From positions 1 to 36,668 of the IMG/VR virus record IMGVR_UViG_3300036945_000039: DNA of 36,668 nucleotides, one strand, 5' to 3'. Below are positions 19,415-26,872 of the stretch, one piece after another. Made by a program: the position numbers and the translations under genes. The stretch comes from a virus. Taxonomy: Duplodnaviria; Caudoviricetes. Under the pieces are notes generated by a model that was not told the origin of the DNA, did not search any database, and saw only the letters and a list, made by a program, of their open reading frames with translations. Every line of letters begins with the position of its first letter. Positions within the stretch are counted from its first letter, which is position 1.

Positions 19415-19951
19415 ATGTCTATTAAACTCGTATCAACTGGTGGTGGTAGCGTAACCATCCAAGAGCCTAATACGGCATCAGACTTTACTCTGAGTGTGCC
19501 AGCGCAGACGGCTAATTTGCTAACAAACAAGACTGCTGGAACTGTTTTGCAAGTGGTTAGTGGGTTCTCATCTGTCCAGCAAGGTTCATCAGCAACTTCA
19601 TTTACTGAAACAAACACAACTGCAACAATTACTCCATCAAGCACATCTAGCAAAATACTAATTTTATTGCAAGCTAACTTTTCAGCAGAGCAAAATAGCG
19701 TTGGTAACATTACTGTTTACAGAAATGGCTCAAACATTGGCGGTGTTGATGGTATGGCAACTGTCTATTTGACTGCGAGCAAACCTCTGTGGGCTGGTGG
19801 TATTTTTGTGCAACATATTGACGAACCAGCAAGCACATCAGCTTTAACCTATACGGCTTACGCAAAAGCAAACGGTGGAGCTAGTTGGAATTGGAACTGG
19901 GGAAACACAGGTACTAATTCAAGAATTACATTATTGGAGATTGCGGGATGA
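19415..19951 (+). CDS. Fibre-tip/receptor-binding-like protein, paralogue 2
   Basis: 'GTVLQVV...TITPSSTSSKILI...IDEPASTSALTY...LLEIAG'. Confidence 0.65.
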   Translation: MSIKLVSTGGGSVTIQEPNTASDFTLSVPAQTANLLTNKTAGTVLQVVSGFSSVQQGSSATSFTETNTTATITPSSTSSKILILLQANFSAEQNSVGNITVYRNGSNIGGVDGMATVYLTASKPLWAGGIFVQHIDEPASTSALTYTAYAKANGGASWNWNWGNTGTNSRITLLEIAG

Positions 19952-20244
19952 TTCGTAAAATAGATGCAATACTTTCTCTTGTGCCAAGCGCAGAAGTTAT
20001 GGTGACTGGTAATTCAGACATTAAATGGATTAACCCAACAACTGCTCCAATAAATGATGCTCAGATTGATGCTGAGATTATTCGTTTGCAAGCTGAGTAT
20101 GATGCTAAAGAATACCAGCGCAATCGTGCCGCAGAATACCCATCTTATGCAGACCAATTTGATAAGATTTTCCATGAAGGTATTGATGCTTGGAAAGCTG
20201 AGATTCAAGCCATCAAAAACAAATATCCAAAGGTAGGTGAATAA
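19948..20244 (+). CDS. Small partner/chaperone-like protein 2
   Basis: 'YQRNRAAEYPSYADQFDKIFH...W...I.AIKNKYPK'; paralogue of 19130-19411. Confidence 0.65.
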   Translation: MIRKIDAILSLVPSAEVMVTGNSDIKWINPTTAPINDAQIDAEIIRLQAEYDAKEYQRNRAAEYPSYADQFDKIFHEGIDAWKAEIQAIKNKYPKVGE

Positions 20245-21350
20245 TGAGTGTAGTCTACGGCGGTGACAAGATAACTTTCTCTGACGGCTCTACAGTAGGT
20301 AGTGGCTGGACAGGGATGAAGAATAGAATCATCAATGGTGCAATGATGATTGACCAGAGAAATGCTGGTGCTAGTGTTACTGTAACTGGGTTTGGTTATA
20401 CCCTTGACAGATACTTTGCTAATGCTTCACAGTCATCAAAATATACTGTTCAAAGAAATGCTGGCTCAGTAACTCCACCAGTAGGCTTTACTAATTATTA
20501 TGGAGCTACATCAAGCTCTGCTTATTCAATCTCATCAAGCGACTACTTTTTAATAGCACAACTTATTGAAGGTTATAACTGTGCTGATTTAGCTTGGGGA
20601 ACTGCTAATGCTCAAACAGTTACATTATCTTTTTGGGTTCGCTCATCATTAACTGGAACTTTTGGTGGTTCAATACAAAATGCTGCCGCTGACAGGTCAT
20701 ATACCTTTAGCTACACAATATCAGCCGCTAACACTTGGGAACAAAAATCAGTAACTATTGCTGGTGATACATCAGGAACTTGGCTTACAAGCAATCTTAC
20801 TGGTATGTTTGTTGGCTTTGGTTTAGGTGTAGGTTCTACTTATTCAACTACCGCTGGCTCATGGACTGCTGGAAACTATGCTTCAGCAACAGGAGCAACA
20901 TCAGTAGTCGGCACTAACGGAGCAACCTTCTACATTACTGGTGTTCAACTAGAAAAAGGCTCTACTGCTACTAGCTTTGATTACAGACCTTATGGTACTG
21001 AGTTAGCTTTGTGTCAGAGGTATTATGAAAAAACTTATAGCACAAGTGTGGCTGTAGGCTCAAACGATTCAAATGGCTATTACTCATTTACTGCAACAAG
21101 CAATCCAAATGGTTTTGTAGTGTTTGCAATTAGAGCTAAAGTAGAAAAAAGAGCGGCACCAACAATTACTGGATGGACACCATCAGGCACTTCAGGGAGC
21201 TGGGATTATTCAAGAAGTGGTGCATCAGGAAGCAACTCTTTTTTAAGTGACAATCTTGGAACATCAGGCGGTAGAGCTTATACAAACATAGGTGCAAACT
21301 GGACTGCTGGCTCTATTGAAGGTCAATGGGCAATGAATTCGGAGTTATAA
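20244..21350 (+). CDS. Tail-fibre-associated carbohydrate-binding-like protein
   Basis: '[14 protein letters not shown]', '[10 protein letters not shown]', '[31 protein letters not shown]' motifs common in phage fibre-tip proteins. Confidence 0.7.
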   Translation: MSVVYGGDKITFSDGSTVGSGWTGMKNRIINGAMMIDQRNAGASVTVTGFGYTLDRYFANASQSSKYTVQRNAGSVTPPVGFTNYYGATSSSAYSISSSDYFLIAQLIEGYNCADLAWGTANAQTVTLSFWVRSSLTGTFGGSIQNAAADRSYTFSYTISAANTWEQKSVTIAGDTSGTWLTSNLTGMFVGFGLGVGSTYSTTAGSWTAGNYASATGATSVVGTNGATFYITGVQLEKGSTATSFDYRPYGTELALCQRYYEKTYSTSVAVGSNDSNGYYSFTATSNPNGFVVFAIRAKVEKRAAPTITGWTPSGTSGSWDYSRSGASGSNSFLSDNLGTSGGRAYTNIGANWTAGSIEGQWAMNSEL

Positions 21351-21351
21351 A

Positions 21352-21510
21352 ATGTATAAACAATATAAAACTATTGACGGCAATATTGCAGATGGCATCA
21401 TCCGCACAACTGACGGTGCTTGCATACCTTTTGACCCAGCCAATACAGACTACCAAGAGTATCTAAAATGGGTAGCTGAAGGCAACGAACCATTACCAGC
21501 GGATGAGTAA
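21352..21510 (+). CDS. Small fibre-associated partner protein (52 aa, not in the ORF track)
   Basis: [10 protein letters not shown]...[32 protein letters not shown]; GGAG RBS; the 'IP.DPAN.DYQ.YL.W..EGN.P' motif typically follows such fibre genes. Confidence 0.75.
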   Translation: MYKQYKTIDGNIADGIIRTTDGACIPFDPANTDYQEYLKWVAEGNEPLPADE

Positions 21511-21674
21511 TGGCTACGATTACTGAAACTGATGCAAGGCTAAATAGTCATGAAGCGGTTTGCGCCTTACGCTATGAATCAATCAATGCTCGTTTAAAGC
21601 GACTTGAGCAGATTCTTATGGGGTCAGCCGCCTTTATTATTGCAAGTCTTTTGACGATTGTATTAAAGTTATGA
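21510..21674 (+). CDS. Small C-terminally anchored membrane protein (54 aa; XhlA/holin-like architecture; not in the ORF track)
   Basis: [54 protein letters not shown]; coupled TAATG and ATGA. Confidence 0.7.
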   Translation: MATITETDARLNSHEAVCALRYESINARLKRLEQILMGSAAFIIASLLTIVLKL

Positions 21675-22189
21675 AACTACATGTATTGATTGGTTTAACT
21701 TGTCTTGGCTTAGCTGGTCATGTTATTGCGCAGCCTATCATTACAGATTCTACAAGCAGGTCTGAAACGACTGTTAACTCTCCACCACCTTCTGCAATCT
21801 CACCTAACGTAACGACAATCAATAATGATGTTTGTTCTGTAGGGTATTCTGGCTCAGTCCAGACGCAGGTACTTGGTATCTCTGGTGGCGGTACAGTACG
21901 TGATTTAAATTGTGAGCGCATCAAGCTCAGTAAAAACCTATTTGACCAAGGCATGAAGGCTGCTGCAATCTCTGTTTTGTGTCAGGATGCCAGAGTATTT
22001 GAAGCAATGATGAACGCCAATACGCCATGTCCTATTGATGGTAAGGCACGTCAAGAAGCAAAAGAACTATGGGAAGCTAATCCTGATAGACAGCCAGTTA
22101 AAGAAGGTCAAGAGGTCAGACGAAATGATACGCTTAAAGGCATGGGCTACGGCATTGGTCTTGCTGTTCTGCTCTTACTCTTACTCTAA
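21671..22189 (+). CDS. Exported Cys-containing protein with signal peptide and C-terminal hydrophobic anchor, function unknown
   Basis: Signal-like MKLHVLIGLTCLGLAGHVIA-Q; four Cys in the mature part; ends YGIGLAVLLLLL. Confidence 0.7.
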   Translation: MKLHVLIGLTCLGLAGHVIAQPIITDSTSRSETTVNSPPPSAISPNVTTINNDVCSVGYSGSVQTQVLGISGGGTVRDLNCERIKLSKNLFDQGMKAAAISVLCQDARVFEAMMNANTPCPIDGKARQEAKELWEANPDRQPVKEGQEVRRNDTLKGMGYGIGLAVLLLLLL

Positions 22190-23450
22190 CGCTCAGATAA
22201 TTCAGCACAATATATCCGATGATGGGTATGCACGTGTGCCTTTGCAGTTTGGCTTTCCGTACTACGGCAGGGTATTTACAGATAGCTACATGTTTTCCAA
22301 TGGTGTTGTTGGATTCCTAAACCCAGAGAATAGTTGGTGCTGCACTGGCTTTGACCTACGCACTAACAATGGCAGTCCGTTTAACTATGCCATCATGCCT
22401 TTGCAGACTGACCTGCTTAACTATAACGGCAGATTCTTAACTGAAGGTACGCCACAATACCAGCGCTACAAATGGGAAAACATTTCAGAGTATGGTGTGC
22501 CACAGAATCTCAATACTTTTGGCGTAGAGATTAGACCGTCAGGTTACATAGGCATGCACTATGAGAAAATTAACATTAGCCCTTGGCGACCTATTACGAT
22601 AGGTATGACTGGCGATACATCTCAAGGCGAATATACGCAGCATTACCACGGCGCTGGATACTCTACAAATACAGCATTTAGCTACATTACAGAAGCAACT
22701 GGTAACGCTTGTTTAACTAATCCATTATCAAGCCCTAGTTGTGCAGGATACCAAGAAGCATACCTAGCGCAGCAATGCTCTATCAGCCCACTATACAGCC
22801 CACAGTGCAGTGGTTATTCTCAGGCATACTTATCTCAGCAATGCTCTATAAACCAGCTATACAGTGAGCAATGCCCTAATTACTATCAGGCGTACTACGA
22901 TAACCAATGTCGCTTAGACCCACTGTACGATAGCGGATGCGCAGGATACCAAGAAGCGTATGCTTTAAAAAATATCGTGGTGACGCAGCCAGTTGTATTT
23001 GTACCACAGTTAACCGTCAGCTCTACAGGTACAGTCAGTGTTGAAACGCCAGTTGTTGCTGACCCAGTGGTAAACGAAGTAGTGACCAGACCTGCTACGG
23101 TAGCAGTAACATCTACAAGAGTAGAGCAAAGAACAGAGCCGCCTAAGTCTGAGAGCAAAAAAGAAGAAAAGAAGGAAGAGAAAAAAGAAGAGCGCAAGCC
23201 AGCTAACGTGGTTCGTGCAGCCATTCAAAAGCAGATGATTGAGAACGCTATGGCGGCTAAGGTAGTTGCCAATAGTGAGGTAAAGCTATACGATTCTGGC
23301 TTGATGCAAGACGCTATGGTGATACAGGATAGGCTATACAGCAGGATGCTAAGCAAGCCTTTGCAAGACAATGCCAGATTACATAGACAGCTAACAGAGC
23401 GTAGCGATAGATTACATAAGGAAATTGAAAATGAGCAGTGGCGAAGATAA
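22125..23450 (+). CDS. Exported protein with a NIDO/nidogen-like N-domain, four Cys repeats and a charged tail
   Basis: Start revised to 22125 (AGAGGT RBS, signal peptide MIRLKAWATALVLLFCSYSYSNA-Q). 'DDGYARVPLQFGFPYYGRVFTDSYMFSNGVVGF' resembles the nidogen-type 'DD....I.L.F.F.FYG..Y...YVS.NG.ISF' motif. Confidence 0.7.
   Translation: MIRLKAWATALVLLFCSYSYSNAQIIQHNISDDGYARVPLQFGFPYYGRVFTDSYMFSNGVVGFLNPENSWCCTGFDLRTNNGSPFNYAIMPLQTDLLNYNGRFLTEGTPQYQRYKWENISEYGVPQNLNTFGVEIRPSGYIGMHYEKINISPWRPITIGMTGDTSQGEYTQHYHGAGYSTNTAFSYITEATGNACLTNPLSSPSCAGYQEAYLAQQCSISPLYSPQCSGYSQAYLSQQCSINQLYSEQCPNYYQAYYDNQCRLDPLYDSGCAGYQEAYALKNIVVTQPVVFVPQLTVSSTGTVSVETPVVADPVVNEVVTRPATVAVTSTRVEQRTEPPKSESKKEEKKEEKKEERKPANVVRAAIQKQMIENAMAAKVVANSEVKLYDSGLMQDAMVIQDRLYSRMLSKPLQDNARLHRQLTERSDRLHKEIENEQWRR
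22710..22965 (+). repeat. Four 22-aa (66-bp) Cys repeats C-x3-PLY-x3-C-xGY-x2-AY
   Basis: CLTNPLSSPSCAGYQEAYLAQQ / CSISPLYSPQCSGYSQAYLSQQ / CSINQLYSEQCPNYYQAYYDNQ / CRLDPLYDSGCAGYQEAY. Confidence 0.9.
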
Positions 23451-23877
23451 AAAACCAGAAGAACCTAAACAGTTTGAGTTTAGTGTTGGCGGATACAAGG
23501 TCAAATACACCAACAAGTTAATGGCTGCTATTGTGGTCATTGCGCCTATTGTTGGCGGTACGCTTTGGCAGGGATTTGAATGGTATGTTGCTGACAGAGC
23601 GTTCAAGAAAAAGGTAGAAAACTACGTTGCGCCTGACCTTAGTGAGTTTGACAAGCGCTTAACTTTGGTAGAGGAAACATCTACAAAGACCAATGACTAT
23701 ACACGTGACATCAAGAACGACATCAAGACTGACATCCGTAAACTAGAAGCTGTAGTTGAGCAGGTAGAGCGCCAGTCTAAGCAGTTGCAGCGTGAAACCT
23801 ACAACGATATTCGCAGGATTGAAAAAGAAACTGACGAAAAGATTAAGAAGATTTTAAGTAACCCACTGGCTGACTAA
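23431..23877 (+). CDS. Single-TM protein with a long coiled coil
   Basis: ATG at 23431 with AAGGA RBS; TM LMAAIVVIAPIVGGTLW, followed by a heptad-rich charged helix. Confidence 0.7.
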   Translation: MSSGEDKKPEEPKQFEFSVGGYKVKYTNKLMAAIVVIAPIVGGTLWQGFEWYVADRAFKKKVENYVAPDLSEFDKRLTLVEETSTKTNDYTRDIKNDIKTDIRKLEAVVEQVERQSKQLQRETYNDIRRIEKETDEKIKKILSNPLAD

Positions 23878-23886
23878 GGAGCAAGC

Positions 23887-24156
23887 ATGGCACGTATGAC
23901 CTCAGAAGAAATTGAAATCCGTATCTGGGCTTTCATTGTAGTAATCTTATCAACAATGCTTTTCGTTATTGCGCTTGGCGTTTTATGGGCTGTAGCATTT
24001 GAAGAGCAGAATATGGAATTAGCTCCTATTGATAACATCTTCTTGGAAATCCTTAAAGCAGTAGCGTATATGTCTATTGGTACATTGGGTGGCATTGCTG
24101 GTCGTAAAATTGGCAAGGTAGAAGCAGAAAAGGAAAATGATGGACAGCCTACTTAA
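23887..24156 (+). CDS. Two-TM small membrane protein (possible holin/antiholin)
   Basis: AAGGAG RBS; two hydrophobic segments and a charged C-tail. Confidence 0.65.
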   Translation: MARMTSEEIEIRIWAFIVVILSTMLFVIALGVLWAVAFEEQNMELAPIDNIFLEILKAVAYMSIGTLGGIAGRKIGKVEAEKENDGQPT

Positions 24157-24637
24157 TATCGTTAAAGACTATGCTCCAACACTAGCGACTGCTCTTGGTG
24201 GTCCTATGGCTGGAGCAGCCGTGTCTGCTATTGCAAAACAGTTTGGTGTTGAACCTAATGTAGATGCCGTTACCACAGCTCTGAAGTCAGCTACGCCTGA
24301 GCAATTGCTAAAGCTAGAAGAGATTAAAGTTGCTGAGTTAAAAGCTCACAATGAGAATACGGCTGATGCACGTAAGATGAACACTGAGCTGCAACTATCT
24401 ACAGCAGCATCATGGATTGCTAAGAATACTGGTTATGTATTGGATTACATTATCGTTTTGGCTACCATGTATATGACGCATAGATTGTTTGGCGCTGGTG
24501 TGCCGCCTGAGAATAAAGAGCTTGCATACATGGCGTTTGGTTCATTGCTAACTTTGTGTGGTACTGTAGTCAACTTCCATCGTGGCTCAAGCAAGTCAAG
24601 CCAAGATAAAACCGAGTTAATGAAAGGATTGAAATGA
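24137..24637 (+). CDS. Holin-like protein (GTA 3-TM holin type)
   Basis: 'APTLATALGGPMAGAA', 'NTADARKM', two C-terminal TMs, 'VVNFHRGSSKSSQDK'; directly upstream of the endolysin; Met-Met start (24137/24140). Confidence 0.7.
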   Translation: MMDSLLNIVKDYAPTLATALGGPMAGAAVSAIAKQFGVEPNVDAVTTALKSATPEQLLKLEEIKVAELKAHNENTADARKMNTELQLSTAASWIAKNTGYVLDYIIVLATMYMTHRLFGAGVPPENKELAYMAFGSLLTLCGTVVNFHRGSSKSSQDKTELMKGLK

Positions 24638-25089
24638 ATTTAAGCGAACATTTTAGTTTAGAAGAAGCAACATACTCTGAAACTGCTATCCGTCTAGGCA
24701 TCAACAATCAGCCTAGTGATGCGCAGCTTGAGAACATGAAGATTGCTGCTGCTGGCATGGAGCAGGTACGTGCTTTGACTGGTCCATTGCGTGTTAACTC
24801 ATGGCTAAGATTGCCTGAAGTTAACGTAGCGGTAGGTGGCAGTAAGGTATCTAGTCACATGGATGGCTGGGCTATTGATTGCAGCTCATCTAAGATGACA
24901 CCGTATGAATTATGTAAGGCTGTAGAAGGTGCTGGCATTAAGTATGACCAGATGATTCATGAGTTTGGTCGCTGGATGCACATTAGTTTTGCGCCAGAGA
25001 TGCGCATGCAAGCCATGACAATCTTCAAGCCGCAGAATAAGTATGTAAATGGAATCCTAACGGCTGAAGAATACGCTGCTAAATTCTAA
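24634..25089 (+). CDS. Endolysin, peptidase M15A family
   Basis: 'LSEHFSLEE', 'NVAVGGSKVSSHMDGWAID' (SxHxxGxAxD) and 'WMHISF' zinc-ligand motifs. Confidence 0.88.
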   Translation: MNLSEHFSLEEATYSETAIRLGINNQPSDAQLENMKIAAAGMEQVRALTGPLRVNSWLRLPEVNVAVGGSKVSSHMDGWAIDCSSSKMTPYELCKAVEGAGIKYDQMIHEFGRWMHISFAPEMRMQAMTIFKPQNKYVNGILTAEEYAAKF

Positions 25090-25247
25090 ATAATAAGATT
25101 GAGCTGATTAAGTTTGCGCTTTTTCAGCTCTCTTCTTAACTTCATCAAGGCACGTTCTTCAGTCTTTTGTATTGCGCTGCGTGATACGCCAAGAATCTCA
25201 GCCACTTCTCTTTGGTTCAATCCTGATTCTTCAAGCTCTTCTTTCAT
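25086..25247 (-). CDS. Stand-alone sigma70 region-4-like HTH protein (53 aa)
   Basis: Start revised to 25247 (ATGA coupling). 'LNQREVAEILGVSRSAIQKTEERALMKLR' matches the region 4.2 pattern. Confidence 0.75.
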   Translation of the reverse strand: MKEELEESGLNQREVAEILGVSRSAIQKTEERALMKLRRELKKRKLNQLNLII

Positions 25248-25417
25248 ACCGTGTTGCATTTGATAACCCTTTCGCCTAATCTTGAAGCCTGAAGGATACG
25301 GCAATCGTCAACAATTTTCTTGTAACCAGTTTGTTCCCCTACAATCATCCCCAGAATAAAGGCGATGCCAATGATAGTTACATACTTCACAAGGTTTTTA
25401 GTTAATCTATCAAACAT
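25244..25417 (-). CDS. Small single-TM protein with two Cys (57 aa, not in the track)
   Basis: MFDRLTKNLVKYVTIIGIAFILGMIVGEQTGYKKIVDDCRILQASRLGERVIKCNTV; AGGGGA RBS; TAATG coupling. Confidence 0.7.
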   Translation of the reverse strand: MFDRLTKNLVKYVTIIGIAFILGMIVGEQTGYKKIVDDCRILQASRLGERVIKCNTV

Positions 25418-25581
25418 TATTTATCCCCTAGTCTTTTGTAAGTTTCAAGGGTCATCGGAGCATGGCGCTCTAACCATTGCATAAGATGTAGATACTTGTT
25501 AATCCATCTACCCATAATCAATACTGTTAAGCAAATACCAAATAAGACACTGCCTAACACTTCATTATTCAATTCAATCAT
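25417..25581 (-). CDS. Small single-TM protein (54 aa, not in the track)
   Basis: MIELNNEVLGSVLFGICLTVLIMGRWINKYLHLMQWLERHAPMTLETYKRLGDK; GGGGA RBS; ATGA coupling. Confidence 0.65.
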   Translation of the reverse strand: MIELNNEVLGSVLFGICLTVLIMGRWINKYLHLMQWLERHAPMTLETYKRLGDK

Positions 25582-25691
25582 TTCTTATTCCCCAAGTAAT
25601 ACAGCGTAAATATTAAGGCAAGGATTACAAGTGTTAGCAAGCCTAGACCTGCCAACACTGTAATACCTACTGTAATCAGCAGGTCAATCAT
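25578..25691 (-). CDS. Very hydrophobic micro-membrane protein (37 aa, not in the track)
   Basis: MIDLLITVGITVLAGLGLLTLVILALIFTLYYLGNKK; ATGA-coupled at both ends. Confidence 0.65.
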   Translation of the reverse strand: MIDLLITVGITVLAGLGLLTLVILALIFTLYYLGNKK

Positions 25692-25816
25692 CTACCACAG
25701 CCGCAAAGCATTTTGCCGTTAGGCATTGGCGTGCAGCCGTATGGTGAGTACGGTGGGCATGCTGCTGAAACTGCGAATGATGCTGCTAGTAATACTGCGA
25801 ATAGTGCTTTTTTCAT
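25688..25816 (-). CDS. Secreted four-cysteine peptide precursor (42 aa, not in the track)
   Basis: TAAGGAG RBS; MKKALFAVLLAASFAVSA-ACPPYSPYGCTPMPNGKMLCGCGR, i.e. a classical Sec signal peptide plus a 24-aa mature peptide. Confidence 0.75.
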   Translation of the reverse strand: MKKALFAVLLAASFAVSAACPPYSPYGCTPMPNGKMLCGCGR

Positions 25817-25827
25817 AATACTTCTCC

Positions 25828-26085
25828 TTAAAATGGTAAGTCATCAGGTACTGCTGGTGCTGCTTCTGGCGCTGGCTCTTGAGATTTTTTCTCATCTTCA
25901 GGAGTATTTAGGTACGCCATTATTGAACCACCCTTTAATTGCAATAAAGGGATAGTTTCAATCTTCATCATCAGACCGTGTTTAGTTTCCATCACGATAC
26001 CGATAGTGCTGTATTTCTTTTTAGGATTGTTTTCTTTATCCGTATATTCTGATACGGCTGCCTTGATGTAGTAAACAACTGCCAT
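25828..26085 (-). CDS. Small SSB-like protein
   Basis: 85 aa with acidic C-terminal DDLPF SSB-type tail; follows the exonuclease/SSAP genes. Confidence 0.65.
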   Translation of the reverse strand: MAVVYYIKAAVSEYTDKENNPKKKYSTIGIVMETKHGLMMKIETIPLLQLKGGSIMAYLNTPEDEKKSQEPAPEAAPAVPDDLPF

Positions 26086-26699
26086 TATTTGATTCCCTTC
26101 ATAAGATTAACTTCTACTTCTACTTCATTTAAAAATGTAGTGATTTCTGGAATCATTACGTCATTGATAAAACTATCGTCACGTGCTACTCGTACGATTA
26201 AGAGCTGGCTGCGCTCTGGCATACGTGGGTCATACGATACAAAGTCACACCATTGTGTATTGGTACATGCCATCTGCGCTTGCATTTGGATGACGTACTT
26301 TTGTGGCGGTACATTCTTCTTAAAGTATTCCCAGTGAGTTGTTGAGTTAGGGCATTTAATCTCTACTAAACCGTCAGTGCCAACTAAACCGTCAGGACTG
26401 CACCCAAAACCTTCTACTGTTGGATGGTCAATAAAAGGTACTTGGTCAACGAATACGTCAGCCTTGGCTTCGTATAACGCTCTGGCAGTGCCTTCATTGT
26501 CCTTACCCCATTGCATTGCTGCATTGGTATAGGATTCCTCAATAAAGCCTGTAACACGTTGTATAGCTAGTTCCATGAGGTAGTTAGCTCGGCTTGCTGA
26601 TACGCCAGTCTTAGTCTTGGCTAGGATGTCAGCCACCCTAGATGCCGTGACCTTACCTTTGCGCAGCTCTAACCATTCCTGCGTTCCTTGCTCAATCAT
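26085..26699 (-). CDS. YqaJ/lambda-exonuclease family recombination nuclease
   Basis: 'QGTQEWLELRKGKVTAS', 'AMQWG...E..AR', 'GCSPDGLV...GLVEIKCP', 'Y..QMQ.QM', 'WCDFVSYDPR'. Confidence 0.92.
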   Translation of the reverse strand: MIEQGTQEWLELRKGKVTASRVADILAKTKTGVSASRANYLMELAIQRVTGFIEESYTNAAMQWGKDNEGTARALYEAKADVFVDQVPFIDHPTVEGFGCSPDGLVGTDGLVEIKCPNSTTHWEYFKKNVPPQKYVIQMQAQMACTNTQWCDFVSYDPRMPERSQLLIVRVARDDSFINDVMIPEITTFLNEVEVEVNLMKGIK

Positions 26700-26872
26700 T
26701 TTGTATCCTTTAGTATTCTGGCTAACTGTTCGGCTGCCTTAGCAATCTCTACAGAATAACCACTGGCAGTATCAAATTGGTTTTTAAGTATTACGTTTTC
26801 CATGTCTTTGGTAAGACCTTTAACTCTTAGTACCAGCTCTGAATAATCTATCTTGGCTTGTTGTTTACTCAC
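26696..26872 (-). CDS. Small hypothetical protein (58 aa, GTG start, not in the track)
   Basis: MSKQQAKIDYSELVLRVKGLTKDMENVILKNQFD...; AAGGGGA RBS; fills the gap exactly and is ATGA-coupled to the exonuclease. Confidence 0.6.
   Translation of the reverse strand: MSKQQAKIDYSELVLRVKGLTKDMENVILKNQFDTASGYSVEIAKAAEQLARILKDTK

Noticed and set aside
16869-21510. Diversity-generating retroelement, suggested by the BPP-1-like virion genes
   Set aside because: No reverse transcriptase ORF, no avd-like gene and no near-identical TR/VR pair differing at adenines; the tip paralogues differ at all base types.
22035-22124. Track's N-terminal extension of the NIDO-like gene; similar extensions at 4019, 25304, 28098, 31332 and 31639
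   Set aside because: Downstream ATGs have RBSs or stop-start overlaps and give coherent N-termini such as a signal peptide.
25713-25955. Plus-strand 80-aa ORF from the track
   Set aside because: Antisense shadow of the peptide and SSB-like genes, which have RBSs and coupling on the minus strand.
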